Source of the DNA: a virus | Taxonomy: Duplodnaviria; Caudoviricetes | DNA length: 52,482 nt | Virus record (IMG/VR): IMGVR_UViG_3300005253_000354 | Span: 1-52,482 of that record | Reading direction: 5' to 3' (one strand) | Shown: piece after piece, positions 10,061-19,545 of the stretch | Position numbering within the stretch: position 1 is the stretch's first letter | Layout of the letters: each line of letters starts with the position of its first letter | Notes under the pieces: model-generated | The model's database searches: none | Seen by the model: the letters and a program-made list of their open reading frames with translations, nothing else | Told to the model about the DNA's origin: nothing | Made by a program: the position numbers and the translations under genes

Positions 10061-11515
10061 ATGGCAACCGAGTGGTCGGTCCCGCCGGCGTGGCCGGGCG
10101 AGACCGTGTTCATTTTGGGCGGCGGGCCGTCGCTCGCGGGCCAAGGGGCTCAGCGCCTGGCGGGTCGGCGCGTGATCGCCGTCAATTCCAGCTACATCGC
10201 CCACCCCTTCGCCGACTACCTGTGCTCGGCGGACCGGCCCTGGCTCTACGAGCACCGGGCGGCGCTGGAGAAGGCGTGGCGCGGGCGCGTGGTCACGGTC
10301 ACGGACGCGATCGACTGGGACGGGCTGCTGCACCTGCGCCAGGTCGCCCCGCCGATTCCGGGCAAAGCCGGCGGGGTCGCGATCAGCACAGACCCGCGCG
10401 CGCTCAGCGTCCGGCGCACCTCGCTGCAGGCCGCGATCAACCTGGCCGTCCTCTTGGGCGCCAAGCGGATCGTGCTGCTGGGCGCCGACGGGGGGCGCGA
10501 CTCCGAGGGCCGGGCCCATCACCACGCACCGCACAAGCAGGCGCCGAAGCCGGGCTGCTGGGACGAGCAGCTGGTCGACTTGGCGACCACGGTCCAGCCG
10601 CTTATCGACCTCGGCGTCGAGGTCTTGAACGCCAGCCCGGGGAGCCATTGGGACCTCTGGCCGATCGTGACGTTGGACGCGGTCCTTGCGGAAGAGGAAG
10701 AAGAGATGGGGTCGCGCGCAGAGATCCTCCCGGGCAACGAAACCCCGACCGCCTATGCGGTAAATCGCGAGCATAGCAGCCCGCGCTTCGCCGCGGCCTG
10801 GGCGGCGGGCTGCGGCGGCGCGGTCGAGGCGGCCGACATCCTGCGCCCGGGGCCGATCGCGCTGTTCGGCTCGCCGCGGCGCTGGGGCCTGATCGCCCAG
10901 GCGCGCGCCGAGGGGCGGACCTGGTACTACGCCGACCACGCTTATTTCGGGCGCCAGGGCTATTACCGGGTCACCCGAGACGGCTTCCAGCACGACGGCC
11001 GCGACAGCCTCTGGCCGCGTGGTGCGCCGGAGCGTCTCGAGGCCCTCGGGGTCGAAATCAAGCCCTGGCGCGAAAGCGGCGACCATGTGCTGGTCTGCCC
11101 GCCCGACGCCGGCTTCGCGCGTTTGTTCGGCTTCGACGCGGCGGCCTGGACGGCCCACGTGACCGCGGCGCTCGAGGCTTTGACACCGCGGCGGCTCCGG
11201 GTGCGCCCGCGCGCCTGCGCCGATCTGGCGCCCTTGGCCGACGACCTGGCCGGCGCCTGGTGCCTGGTCACCTATGTCTCCAACGCTGCCGTCGAGGCGC
11301 TCTGCGCCGGGGTGCCGGCGATCGTCACCGGGCCGTGCGCGGCGCGCCCGCTGGCGGCGACGAACTTGCGCGCGGTCCTCGACCCGCCGCGGCCCTCGGG
11401 TCGCCGGCGCTGGGCCGAGGTGCTGGCGGCCAATCAATGGACCCTGGACGAGATCCGCGCCGGCGATGCCTGGCGCGCGCTCGGTCCGGCTGAGTTGCGG
11501 GAGCACGCGGCATGA
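10061..11515 (+). CDS. Two-domain protein: Maf/MptE-like (DUF115-type) glycosyltransferase-related domain plus capsular-polysaccharide-modification-like (KpsS-type) domain
   Basis: VFILGGGPSL..VIAVN..LGAKRIVLLGAD in the N-half; RVRPR..LVTYVSNAAVEALCAGVP..QWTLDEI in the C-half; acidic linker EEEEEM. Confidence 0.65.
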   Translation: MATEWSVPPAWPGETVFILGGGPSLAGQGAQRLAGRRVIAVNSSYIAHPFADYLCSADRPWLYEHRAALEKAWRGRVVTVTDAIDWDGLLHLRQVAPPIPGKAGGVAISTDPRALSVRRTSLQAAINLAVLLGAKRIVLLGADGGRDSEGRAHHHAPHKQAPKPGCWDEQLVDLATTVQPLIDLGVEVLNASPGSHWDLWPIVTLDAVLAEEEEEMGSRAEILPGNETPTAYAVNREHSSPRFAAAWAAGCGGAVEAADILRPGPIALFGSPRRWGLIAQARAEGRTWYYADHAYFGRQGYYRVTRDGFQHDGRDSLWPRGAPERLEALGVEIKPWRESGDHVLVCPPDAGFARLFGFDAAAWTAHVTAALEALTPRRLRVRPRACADLAPLADDLAGAWCLVTYVSNAAVEALCAGVPAIVTGPCAARPLAATNLRAVLDPPRPSGRRRWAEVLAANQWTLDEIRAGDAWRALGPAELREHAA

Positions 11516-12255
11516 TCAGATTCGAGGCCGGCGGCTGGTGGCTGCCCGATGGCGAAGAGCACCTGCAGCAATGGATGAACCAGGTCCGCGCCCGCGAGGC
11601 CGGCCCCGGCGGCGAGACCCGCCTGACCTACCAGTACCACAAGTACAGCGCCTGCCGGCCGTTCACGAAGAGTTGGCGCACGGCCGTCGACGTCGGCGCC
11701 CATGTGGGCTTGTGGTCCTGGGTGATGGCGCGCGACTTCGGCAACGTGGTCGGCTTCGAGCCCATGCCCGAGCACGCGGCCTGCTGGCGCGAGAATATGG
11801 CCGGCGCCGAGAACGCGAGCCTGCTGCCCTTCGCCCTCGGTGCCGAGCCCGGCACCGTGCTGCTCAAGACCCGCACGCCGGGCTCCTCGGGCGACACCGG
11901 GGTCGACCCGGCGGCGGAACGCTCGAGCCTGCGGGCGACCGTCCACGTCCCCGGCTATGACGCGGACGCCGCCGAAGGGGTGGTGGCGGAGCTGCGCCGG
12001 CTCGACGACTTCGAACTGGCCGATGTCGACTTCATCAAGATCGACTGCGAGGGATATGAGCTCTGGGTGCTCCAGGGCGCGGTCGAGACGCTCAAGCGCT
12101 GCCGGCCCTGCCTGATCGTCGAGCAGAAGCCGGAGACCGGCATGGAGGAGCGCTACGGGGTCACGGCGAAGCAAGCGATCGACTTTCTCGAGGGCCTGGG
12201 CGCGCGCTTACGCAAGGTCATCCAGGGCGACTACATCTTCTCCTGGGATGGCTAA
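11512..12255 (+). CDS. FkbM family SAM methyltransferase
   Basis: VDVGAHVG, GFEP, ALG, RLDD, FIKIDCEGYE..VLQGA. Confidence 0.92.
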   Translation: MIRFEAGGWWLPDGEEHLQQWMNQVRAREAGPGGETRLTYQYHKYSACRPFTKSWRTAVDVGAHVGLWSWVMARDFGNVVGFEPMPEHAACWRENMAGAENASLLPFALGAEPGTVLLKTRTPGSSGDTGVDPAAERSSLRATVHVPGYDADAAEGVVAELRRLDDFELADVDFIKIDCEGYELWVLQGAVETLKRCRPCLIVEQKPETGMEERYGVTAKQAIDFLEGLGARLRKVIQGDYIFSWDG

Positions 12256-12934
12256 TCCGATTTTCGTCACCGGCCTGCCGCGCAGCGGCACCTCGCTGGT
12301 GGCCGGGATTCTGGCTCTTTGCGGCGCCTGGACCGGCGACACCACTCCGCCCAGCCCTTGGAACCGCAAGGGCGGCTTCGAGAATGAGGCGCTGAAGGAC
12401 CGCTTCGTCAAGCCGTATCTGGCGCTGGGTGGCGTCGACCCGCTCGGCCTCGACCCGCTGCCGAGCCTAGCCATGCCTCCGCTGGTCGCGCCCGATCTGT
12501 GGCGCCAGCTGGTGTCCGGCATGGTCCACGAGCTCGGCCTGCCGCCCGGCCAGCCGTGGCTGTTCAAGGACGCCAAACTCGCATTGGTCTGGCGCCAGTG
12601 GGCGGCGGCGTTTCCCGAGGCGCGCTGGCTCGTGGTCCGGCGCCGGCGCGACGGGGTCGTCGCCAGTGCGCTGCGCGCCGAGCCCATGGCGCGCCGCCTG
12701 GGCTACGACTGGGCACGTTGGAAGCGTTGGGCACAGGACTATCTGGCCCACCTGGAGGAGCTGAAAGCGGGCGTCGAGGGCGTGGTCGAGGTCTGGCCGG
12801 ACCGCGATGTCTTCGCAGACCAGGCACGCATGAAGCCGGTGGTCGAGGGCCTGGGCCTGACCTGGCGTCCCGAAGCGGTGGCCGACTTCGTCGATGCCCG
12901 GCTCTGGCATGAAGGCCCGGGGGTGGCCCGATAG
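12248..12934 (+). CDS. Sulfotransferase family protein
   Basis: IFVTGLPRSGTS (5'-PSB loop), WLFKD, FPEARWLVVRR..VVAS. Confidence 0.85.
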   Translation: MANPIFVTGLPRSGTSLVAGILALCGAWTGDTTPPSPWNRKGGFENEALKDRFVKPYLALGGVDPLGLDPLPSLAMPPLVAPDLWRQLVSGMVHELGLPPGQPWLFKDAKLALVWRQWAAAFPEARWLVVRRRRDGVVASALRAEPMARRLGYDWARWKRWAQDYLAHLEELKAGVEGVVEVWPDRDVFADQARMKPVVEGLGLTWRPEAVADFVDARLWHEGPGVAR

Positions 12935-13749
12935 TGAGTTACGGTGATGAGATCATGGCGGCCGGTCAGGCGCGTGCCGAGGCCGCGCGCCGCGGCGGTG
13001 CGGTCCACATCGTCGACCGTCAGGGCCTGCCGCGCTGGTCGGACCTGTGGCGCGGCCTCGACTACATCGCCGCGCCGCGCGCGGCGGCCGCCGGCCAGGT
13101 GGTCAGCGGCCCGGGCGCGCGGCCGTACCTCAAGAGCCTGAGCCGGGCAGCCGGGGCTGACTTCACCGACTGGCGCGCGCGCGACCATCCCGGCGCCCTC
13201 GCGCTCGATCCGGCCGAGCGGGACTTCGCCGGACGAGCGACAGCGGGGCTCGGGTCCTTCGTCGTGGTCGAGCCCAACTTGATGCCGGCCGCCAACCCGA
13301 ACAAGCAATGGGGCTGGGACCGCTGGGTCGACCTGGCGACGCGCATCGGTGATCTCACCCCGGTGCAGCTCGGCCCGGCCGGGACCCGGCCGCTGCCGGG
13401 CGCGCGCCGTCTCGAGACGCCGAGCTTCCGGCTGGCCGCTGCGGTCCTCGCCCGGGCCCGTGCCGCGGTGCTGCCCGAGGGCGGCCTGCACCACGCTGCG
13501 GCCGCTTTGGGCGTGAGCGCGGTGGTGATCTTCGGCGGCCACACCGACCCCGAGACCACGGGCTACCCGGGCCACGTCAACATCGCCGCCTGCGGCACCG
13601 CCTGCGGCCAGTGGCGGCCGTGCCGGCACTGCGCGGCGGCCATGGCGGCGATCGCGCCGGCCGAGGTCGAGCGGGCGTTGCGCGGGGCGCTTTGCTCCAG
13701 AGGTCAGAAGACAGAAGACAGAAGTCAGAATAGGAGAATCGAACCATGA
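12934..13749 (+). CDS. Glycosyltransferase family 9 (heptosyltransferase-like)
   Basis: GDEIM, NKQW..W, VQLG, EGGLHHAAAALG..VVIFGG, CGxxxxCxxC. Confidence 0.85.
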   Translation: MSYGDEIMAAGQARAEAARRGGAVHIVDRQGLPRWSDLWRGLDYIAAPRAAAAGQVVSGPGARPYLKSLSRAAGADFTDWRARDHPGALALDPAERDFAGRATAGLGSFVVVEPNLMPAANPNKQWGWDRWVDLATRIGDLTPVQLGPAGTRPLPGARRLETPSFRLAAAVLARARAAVLPEGGLHHAAAALGVSAVVIFGGHTDPETTGYPGHVNIAACGTACGQWRPCRHCAAAMAAIAPAEVERALRGALCSRGQKTEDRSQNRRIEP

Positions 13750-14753
13750 CACGAACGTTGAAGACCGCAACTCTGGACAAGGCGGCGGGGATTTGGGCTG
13801 GGCACTTCTTGCTGCCGAGCCGGTTCTCGAAGAACAACCCCAAGGTCGCGATCGCCGGGCGGGAGTGGGCTTTGCAGAACTTCGACAATGCCGACTTCAA
13901 GGACGAGTTCGCGCATCTGCTGGCCAAGTTCAAGCGCCAGATCGGCCCCGACGCGCTGGCCGATTTCGAGCGCGAGGCCAAGGACCGCTTCACACCGCGC
14001 GACGACAAGGTCTTCGCCGACCTGCTGGCCGAGAAGCTGGCGATCGATCCGAACGGCATCCATATCCCGGGCAAGATCGGCACGGTGATCCTGGGCTCGC
14101 AGCCGGTCGGGCGGCGCATCACCCGCCACGGCATCAAGCCAGCCCGGTGGAACGTCTATGCCGGCGAGTCGGAGGAGCGCGCTCTCGGCCACCTGCGTGA
14201 GATCGGCAAGGCCGGCCCCGGGGCGGACCCGATCCCGCCGGCGGATACCTTGTGGCCGAACGAGACCGATCACCTGGGCGTGCCGAGCCAACTGATGGCG
14301 CTCAACACCAACGTGTCGGTGGAGTTCGCCATCGCCGGCCTGGACGCCGCCCGGGTGCTGCTCGACGAAGGCTCGCTCGGGGCGGTGATCCAGTGCCGCG
14401 ACGGCACCCAGCCGGTCGACCCGAACGCGGCGCTGACCGGCGCCAACCTGGCGACGCTCACCTGCTCGGCCGTGGCCTTCGGCGCGGCCGGGGACGCTGC
14501 GCCGGGCGCCTTGGCGACGGCCGCGGCGATCACCGACGACGCCTCGGCCGATGCGACCGGCAGCGTGACTCATTGCCGCGCGTCCTCCTCGAGCGTCGCC
14601 GACACGCCGCTCAACGACCACATCGACGGCAGCGCCGGGCTGACCGCGGGGACCTTCGACTTCGAGTTCAACACCGACGCCTTCGTCTCGGGCGCCGTGA
14701 TCTCGATCACCGCCTGGACCGCGACCCAGCCCCAGGGACCGACGGCGACCTAG
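13746..14753 (+). CDS. Putative virion structural protein; C-terminal domain from ATG 14295 resembles a common small phage virion protein
   Basis: GTQP..LATLTCS..AFG..ITDDASADATG pattern; N-terminal half unrecognised. Confidence 0.55.
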   Translation: MTRTLKTATLDKAAGIWAGHFLLPSRFSKNNPKVAIAGREWALQNFDNADFKDEFAHLLAKFKRQIGPDALADFEREAKDRFTPRDDKVFADLLAEKLAIDPNGIHIPGKIGTVILGSQPVGRRITRHGIKPARWNVYAGESEERALGHLREIGKAGPGADPIPPADTLWPNETDHLGVPSQLMALNTNVSVEFAIAGLDAARVLLDEGSLGAVIQCRDGTQPVDPNAALTGANLATLTCSAVAFGAAGDAAPGALATAAAITDDASADATGSVTHCRASSSSVADTPLNDHIDGSAGLTAGTFDFEFNTDAFVSGAVISITAWTATQPQGPTAT

Positions 14754-14763
14754 GAGGCATGCG

Positions 14764-14925
14764 ATGACCCGCTGGTTGCTGGTCACTCTCGCATGGCGGC
14801 CGGACGGGGTGACGGTGACCGGCGTCGACCTCTACGCCACCGAGGCGATCTGCGACACGATGGGCGCCATCGCGCGCGCTTGGTTCGGCGTGGACTGGGG
14901 CTGCGTGATGCAGATGTGGGTCTAA
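14764..14925 (+). CDS. Hypothetical 53-aa protein (not in the ORF track)
   Basis: AGGAGG RBS, MTRWLLVTLAWRPDG...QMWV, fills the gap between its neighbours. Confidence 0.55.
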   Translation: MTRWLLVTLAWRPDGVTVTGVDLYATEAICDTMGAIARAWFGVDWGCVMQMWV

Positions 14926-14928
14926 GCC

Positions 14929-15762
14929 GTGCCTATCGTAGACGCCAACGACCCCACGGCGAACGACGGGCAGTACAACGTCGCGTCCGGCATCTGGCTG
15001 ATCCGGGGTCAGGTGTGGCGCGAGACCGACCCGGGCTTCATGTCCGTCATGTCCCGCTTCGATGAGCGCAAGGAAGTACGCCTCGGCCATGGCCGGGCCA
15101 TGATGCTCGGGTTCTGCGAGAACCGGGCGAAGATCCTCGTGGCCGGGCTCGGGTTGACCGCGAGCGACCGGATACTGCTCGTCGGCTCGGCCTTTGGCTG
15201 GCTGGCCGAGTGCTTGGAGAAACAGGTGCCCGGCCTTTCCGTGGTGTCGCTAGATACGTCGACCTGGGTACAGGCGACCAAGGACCAGACTGAGACGGCG
15301 AAGATCGAGGCGGCGGTGCAGGCAGCGGGCATCCTGCCCGTCATGTCGCGCTACGCCGAGATCGTGGCTTCGCTGGACGACGGCGGGCCGAGGGCGCGTG
15401 TTCTCATCGGGGCCGAGGACGTGCTGAGGGCCAACGACCGGGCGAAGCTCAAGCAGGCCCACGGCAGTTTCACCTGGGCTATTACCGAAGTGGTGTTCAC
15501 CTGGCTGACCGATGCGGAGTGCGTTGCGATGGACGCGGCGATGCACAAGGTCGCGGCCAAGGTGGCACACATGGTTCAGCCCTACGCCACGAAGTTCGAC
15601 GACAGCGTGGAGCCGGAGCCGGTGTGGAACTGGAAGCACCTGGAGGCGACCGGGCAGGGGGTGCGTCAGCAGCTTCTTGATCAGCCCTGGTACACGGTGA
15701 GCAACTGGAAGGCGCTGCTGCCCGACAGCACGTTCGTCGGCGTCGGTGGGGGCGTGGTCTGA
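14929..15762 (+). CDS. Class I SAM-methyltransferase-like protein
   Basis: RILLVGSAFGWLAE (motif I-like), VVSLDTS, TEVVFTWLTD. Confidence 0.5.
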   Translation: MPIVDANDPTANDGQYNVASGIWLIRGQVWRETDPGFMSVMSRFDERKEVRLGHGRAMMLGFCENRAKILVAGLGLTASDRILLVGSAFGWLAECLEKQVPGLSVVSLDTSTWVQATKDQTETAKIEAAVQAAGILPVMSRYAEIVASLDDGGPRARVLIGAEDVLRANDRAKLKQAHGSFTWAITEVVFTWLTDAECVAMDAAMHKVAAKVAHMVQPYATKFDDSVEPEPVWNWKHLEATGQGVRQQLLDQPWYTVSNWKALLPDSTFVGVGGGVV

Positions 15763-18266
15763 TGGCGCTGCCGGTCACGATTTCCTCGACTATCGTTGGG
15801 CAACAGAACTCCTACCATGGTCCATTCAAGTCTTCGGAAAGTGCCTTCTACACAATTTTGATGGACAGCATTGTTAAGAGTTCTGTTGAAGCCCACAAAG
15901 CGACTGATCCGACGATCAGTTTCACCGAACAAGACTCAGTAAATCGGCCGGCATTTGGGTCAACTGTCTTATCTATTAACGCATATCAAGATGGGGACAA
16001 ACTACATATTGCGGGCCAGGGCACTAACGATAATGTTATGTATGGCCGCTTCGATATGTCCGGCGACACCTGGGACGCCATCGACGGGGCCTCCGACCGG
16101 GACATCCTGATCGACGGCGCGCCGGACGGCTTGGCGGACGCCTGCGATCTGGTGGTGCGCTCGGACGGCGATATCGTGGTGGTCTACCAGAAGGTCATGG
16201 ACAAGGTCATGGGCAACCCCTTCGAGCGGGTTGGCCTGAGCGTCTCGACCAGCGCGAACCGGGGCGAAACCTGGTCGGCGGTCGTCACGCTGAAAGATCT
16301 CGGCGTCGAGCGCGACATGACCGGGCCGAGGATCGTGCTGAGCGCGTCGAGCGGGGAGGCATATGACGATTATAGCTTTATTGTTTGGGCCGACGACTTA
16401 GGGGCGACAAGAAATATACGAGAAAGAGCATTAAGTGGTACAGATGTTCTACAAACTGATCGAGTCATGGGGTCTGGTAGTGATAATCCTTACCTTTTCA
16501 CTCATGGTATTTCTTTTGACCGTGCTGGCACGACAAAAGTCCGCATTGGCTTTGTGACAACCACAAACGGCCTACAGGTAATAGAATTTGACGCGGCGAC
16601 CGATCCTAGTAGTTTTACAGCTTCTGAAATATGGGACGGTACAAGCAGTGCTGAGGATGTCCGTCTTGTTAATTCTTCTATAGTTGCTTGTCTTGGTCTC
16701 GACGGCAGCACTCAACATATGCTGGCGGCGCGTGCTGATAATTCCGACCTCTACTCCGCAGACGACGCCGACAGCGACACCTGGACCACGCCGGCCAGCA
16801 CCTTCGTAGGCACTATTAATCACGTAAGCAACCGCACCTACGACCGCTCCGGCACCAAGCTCGCCCACATCATCGACGACGCCGGGACGGTCAAGTATGA
16901 TGAGGACAGCATCGTCGGCGCCCCGCCCAGCGGTGCCGGCGCGCAGATTTTCCAGCCGCTCAACCAGGCCGCCAGCGGCGGCATGCAACCGGCCGCCGTG
17001 GGGTCCTCGGTCCTGGCACCGCCGGCCACCGCCGCCACCGGCGGCATGGCGCCCGCCGCGGTCGCATCCACGGTCCTGGCGCCGCCGGCCCAGGCCGCCG
17101 CCGGGGGCGAGGGCATCCCCGGCGCCGGCGCCACCCTGCTGGCGGCCTTCGCGCAGTCGGCGATCGGGGTCGAGCGCTTCGACGGCGCCGCCGCCTCGGC
17201 CTTTGCCGCCCCGGCGCAGAGTGCCGTAGGCGCGGAACGTTTCCCCGGCGCTGCCGCCCAGACCCTGGCGTCGCCGGTCACCGCGGCCACCGGCGGCATG
17301 GCACCGGCCGGCCTGGGCGCGAGCCTGCTGGCGCCGCCGGTGCAGAGCGCGCTCGGCGCGGAACGCTTCGCCGCCGGCGCCGCCAGCCTCTTGGCGGCGC
17401 TATTGCAAGGCGCCGTGGGGGGCATGGCGCCGGTGGGCGCCGCCGCGTCGGTCTTCGCGCCGCCGGCCCAGAGCGGCCTGGGCGCGGTGATCTTTGCCGG
17501 CACGGCCGCCTCGGCCTTCGCCGAGCTCTTGCAAGCCGCTGCCGGAACCTCGGTGGAAGCGTTCATCGGTACCGCCACCAGCCTGCTCGCCGCGCCGGTG
17601 CAGGCCGCCGTGGGCGGCATGGCGCCGGCGGGGGCTGCGGCGTCGGCCTTTGCCGCCCCGGCCCAGGCGGCCCTCGGCGCCGAAACCTTCGCCGGCCCGG
17701 CCACGAGCCTGCTCGCGGCGTTGCTGCAAGATGCCGTGGGCGGCATGGCGCCGGTGGGCGCGGCGGCGATCGTCTTCGCGCCGCCGGCCCAGGCGGCCAC
17801 GGGCGCAGTAATTTTCATCGGCAGCGCCGCCAGCCTGCTGGTGGCACCGGTCACCTCCGCCGTCGCGGTCCTGCAACCCAGCGGCGGCGCCACGAGTCTC
17901 CTGGCGGCGCCGCGCCAGGCGGCCACGGGGTCGGTGGCGGCGGGCTTTACCGGCGCCGGCGCGAACTTGCTGGCGCCGCCGGTCACCTCGGCCGTCGGCG
18001 GCATGGCGCCGTCCGGGGCGGCCGCGTCGACCTTCGCCCTGCTGGTCCAAACCGGGACCGGGGCGCAAGTTCTGGTCGGCACCGCCGCGAGCCTGCTCGC
18101 CGCGCTTAATCAACTGGGTGCCGGGGCCGTGGTTATCGCCGCGGCGGTGCCGATCGAGATCCTCGCCATCCGGCCGCTGGTTGCGTCCGCGGTCGGCTTC
18201 CGGCCGGGCGCCCTTAACGCGATCCGGCCGATCACGATCACGGTCACGGGAGTGCGCGATGTCTGA
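15762..18266 (+). CDS. Large fibre/spike-like protein: N-terminal Asp-box beta-rich domain plus Ala-rich ~21-aa repeat shaft
   Basis: STSANRGETWS Asp-box; repeats like GAAASLLAPPAQAATGGMAP from ~16930 to ~18130. Confidence 0.65.
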   Translation: MALPVTISSTIVGQQNSYHGPFKSSESAFYTILMDSIVKSSVEAHKATDPTISFTEQDSVNRPAFGSTVLSINAYQDGDKLHIAGQGTNDNVMYGRFDMSGDTWDAIDGASDRDILIDGAPDGLADACDLVVRSDGDIVVVYQKVMDKVMGNPFERVGLSVSTSANRGETWSAVVTLKDLGVERDMTGPRIVLSASSGEAYDDYSFIVWADDLGATRNIRERALSGTDVLQTDRVMGSGSDNPYLFTHGISFDRAGTTKVRIGFVTTTNGLQVIEFDAATDPSSFTASEIWDGTSSAEDVRLVNSSIVACLGLDGSTQHMLAARADNSDLYSADDADSDTWTTPASTFVGTINHVSNRTYDRSGTKLAHIIDDAGTVKYDEDSIVGAPPSGAGAQIFQPLNQAASGGMQPAAVGSSVLAPPATAATGGMAPAAVASTVLAPPAQAAAGGEGIPGAGATLLAAFAQSAIGVERFDGAAASAFAAPAQSAVGAERFPGAAAQTLASPVTAATGGMAPAGLGASLLAPPVQSALGAERFAAGAASLLAALLQGAVGGMAPVGAAASVFAPPAQSGLGAVIFAGTAASAFAELLQAAAGTSVEAFIGTATSLLAAPVQAAVGGMAPAGAAASAFAAPAQAALGAETFAGPATSLLAALLQDAVGGMAPVGAAAIVFAPPAQAATGAVIFIGSAASLLVAPVTSAVAVLQPSGGATSLLAAPRQAATGSVAAGFTGAGANLLAPPVTSAVGGMAPSGAAASTFALLVQTGTGAQVLVGTAASLLAALNQLGAGAVVIAAAVPIEILAIRPLVASAVGFRPGALNAIRPITITVTGVRDV

Positions 18267-18642
18267 TAAGGCGGTGGCGATCGACTACCATGCCGGCGAC
18301 GGGCGGCCGTTGGACTTCCTGCTCTACGACGAGGACCCGCTCGACCCCGGCGAACCGGACCTGACCAAGCCGGTGGACTTGAGCGCGGCGACCGCGATCC
18401 GTTTCGCCGTTGCCGATGCGGTGACCGACACGCCGCATTTCACCAAGGCGCTGACCGATGTCATCACGGTCCTCACCGGCCCCGAGGCGGTCGACAACCG
18501 GGTCCGCGTGCCCATGCTCAAGGCCGATACCAAGGACCTGACGCCGGGGCGGAAGTACTACGAGCTCGAGGTGACCGAGGCCGGCGACGACTGGACCGGT
18601 CCGCACGGGCTGTTCGACCTGCATGCGAGTCTCTTGAGATGA
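18259..18642 (+). CDS. BppU-N-like adaptor protein
   Basis: GD..PVDLS..ADTKDL..YYELEV..T pattern; ATG 18259 overlaps the upstream stop. Confidence 0.55.
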   Translation: MSDKAVAIDYHAGDGRPLDFLLYDEDPLDPGEPDLTKPVDLSAATAIRFAVADAVTDTPHFTKALTDVITVLTGPEAVDNRVRVPMLKADTKDLTPGRKYYELEVTEAGDDWTGPHGLFDLHASLLR

Positions 18643-18971
18643 CAATAGATTTCGCCGGCCTGCTCGACGCGCCGGCCTATGAGATATTCGGCGTCGAGGC
18701 GGTCTTGACTCCGGTCGGGCGATTGCCGCTGACGCTCGACGTCCTCAACCACATCGTCGAGGTCGAGGAAGCGGGCGACTCCGGCGTCGTGGTGCCGACG
18801 GTGCGGCCGGCGGTCGACCTGCAACTGGCCGACTTGGCGCCCGCCGGCTTCGGGCGCGAGGACCTGGTCAAGGCCGAGGTCACGTTCGGCGGCGTCCGCT
18901 ACCGGGTGCTCGCCACCGCGCCGACAAGCAACGCCCGCGAGCTGCGCCTGATCCTGATCGAGGATGCGTAA
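18639..18971 (+). CDS. Head-tail joining protein (gpFII-like)
   Basis: DF..LLDAPAYEIFGVEA, size and position. Confidence 0.65.
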   Translation: MTIDFAGLLDAPAYEIFGVEAVLTPVGRLPLTLDVLNHIVEVEEAGDSGVVVPTVRPAVDLQLADLAPAGFGREDLVKAEVTFGGVRYRVLATAPTSNARELRLILIEDA

Positions 18972-19411
18972 TGGATCGGCGTGAAGACATCCTGGTGCGG
19001 TTGCTGGCGGTCCTGAAGACCGTCGGCGCGGCCACGGTAGAGCGCAACCTGCAAGTAGCCGACGACGGGAATTTCCCGGCGCTGCAGATGATGGACGGCG
19101 ACGAGGAGGCCGACGATTCCCCCTTCGGTCGCGCTCGCCCGGCGAACGCGCCCAACATGATCGCCATGACACCGCACGTTCACATCCTGTTGGGCGAGGT
19201 GCCCGAGGACGTCGGCAGCGAATTGAACAGATGGCGCGCGCGGCTGCTCAAGGCGGTGCTCAACGACACCGCGCTTGGCAACCTGGTCACCACCAACGGC
19301 GAGATCCGCTATGAGGCCTTAGCGGTCAGCCTTCAGCGCGGCCGCCAGATTATCGGCGAGATGGGAATCGTCTTCACCTTCGTCTATCCGCTTAAGCCCG
19401 CCGAACTGTAA
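18971..19411 (+). CDS. Tail terminator/completion protein
   Basis: DRREDILVRL..ERN..PAL..DGDE..FTFVYPL, precedes the tail tube gene. Confidence 0.65.
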   Translation: MDRREDILVRLLAVLKTVGAATVERNLQVADDGNFPALQMMDGDEEADDSPFGRARPANAPNMIAMTPHVHILLGEVPEDVGSELNRWRARLLKAVLNDTALGNLVTTNGEIRYEALAVSLQRGRQIIGEMGIVFTFVYPLKPAEL

Positions 19412-19545
19412 CCGTCGAGCATTTGTAGCCTTCCGCCGACGCGTAACCGGCACCGGCCCCGGCGCGGGGTTGGTCTTGGCCGGCCGCGCCAACCCCAAGA
19501 CAGCCCGCTCGGCCACCCCAACTAGCGAGAAGAGGAAACCCCGTC

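Noticed and set aside
15762-16900. Diversity-generating retroelement acting on the fibre gene
   Set aside because: No reverse transcriptase and no TR/VR pair; the only long repeat pair (42336/43553) is identical, without adenine-specific differences
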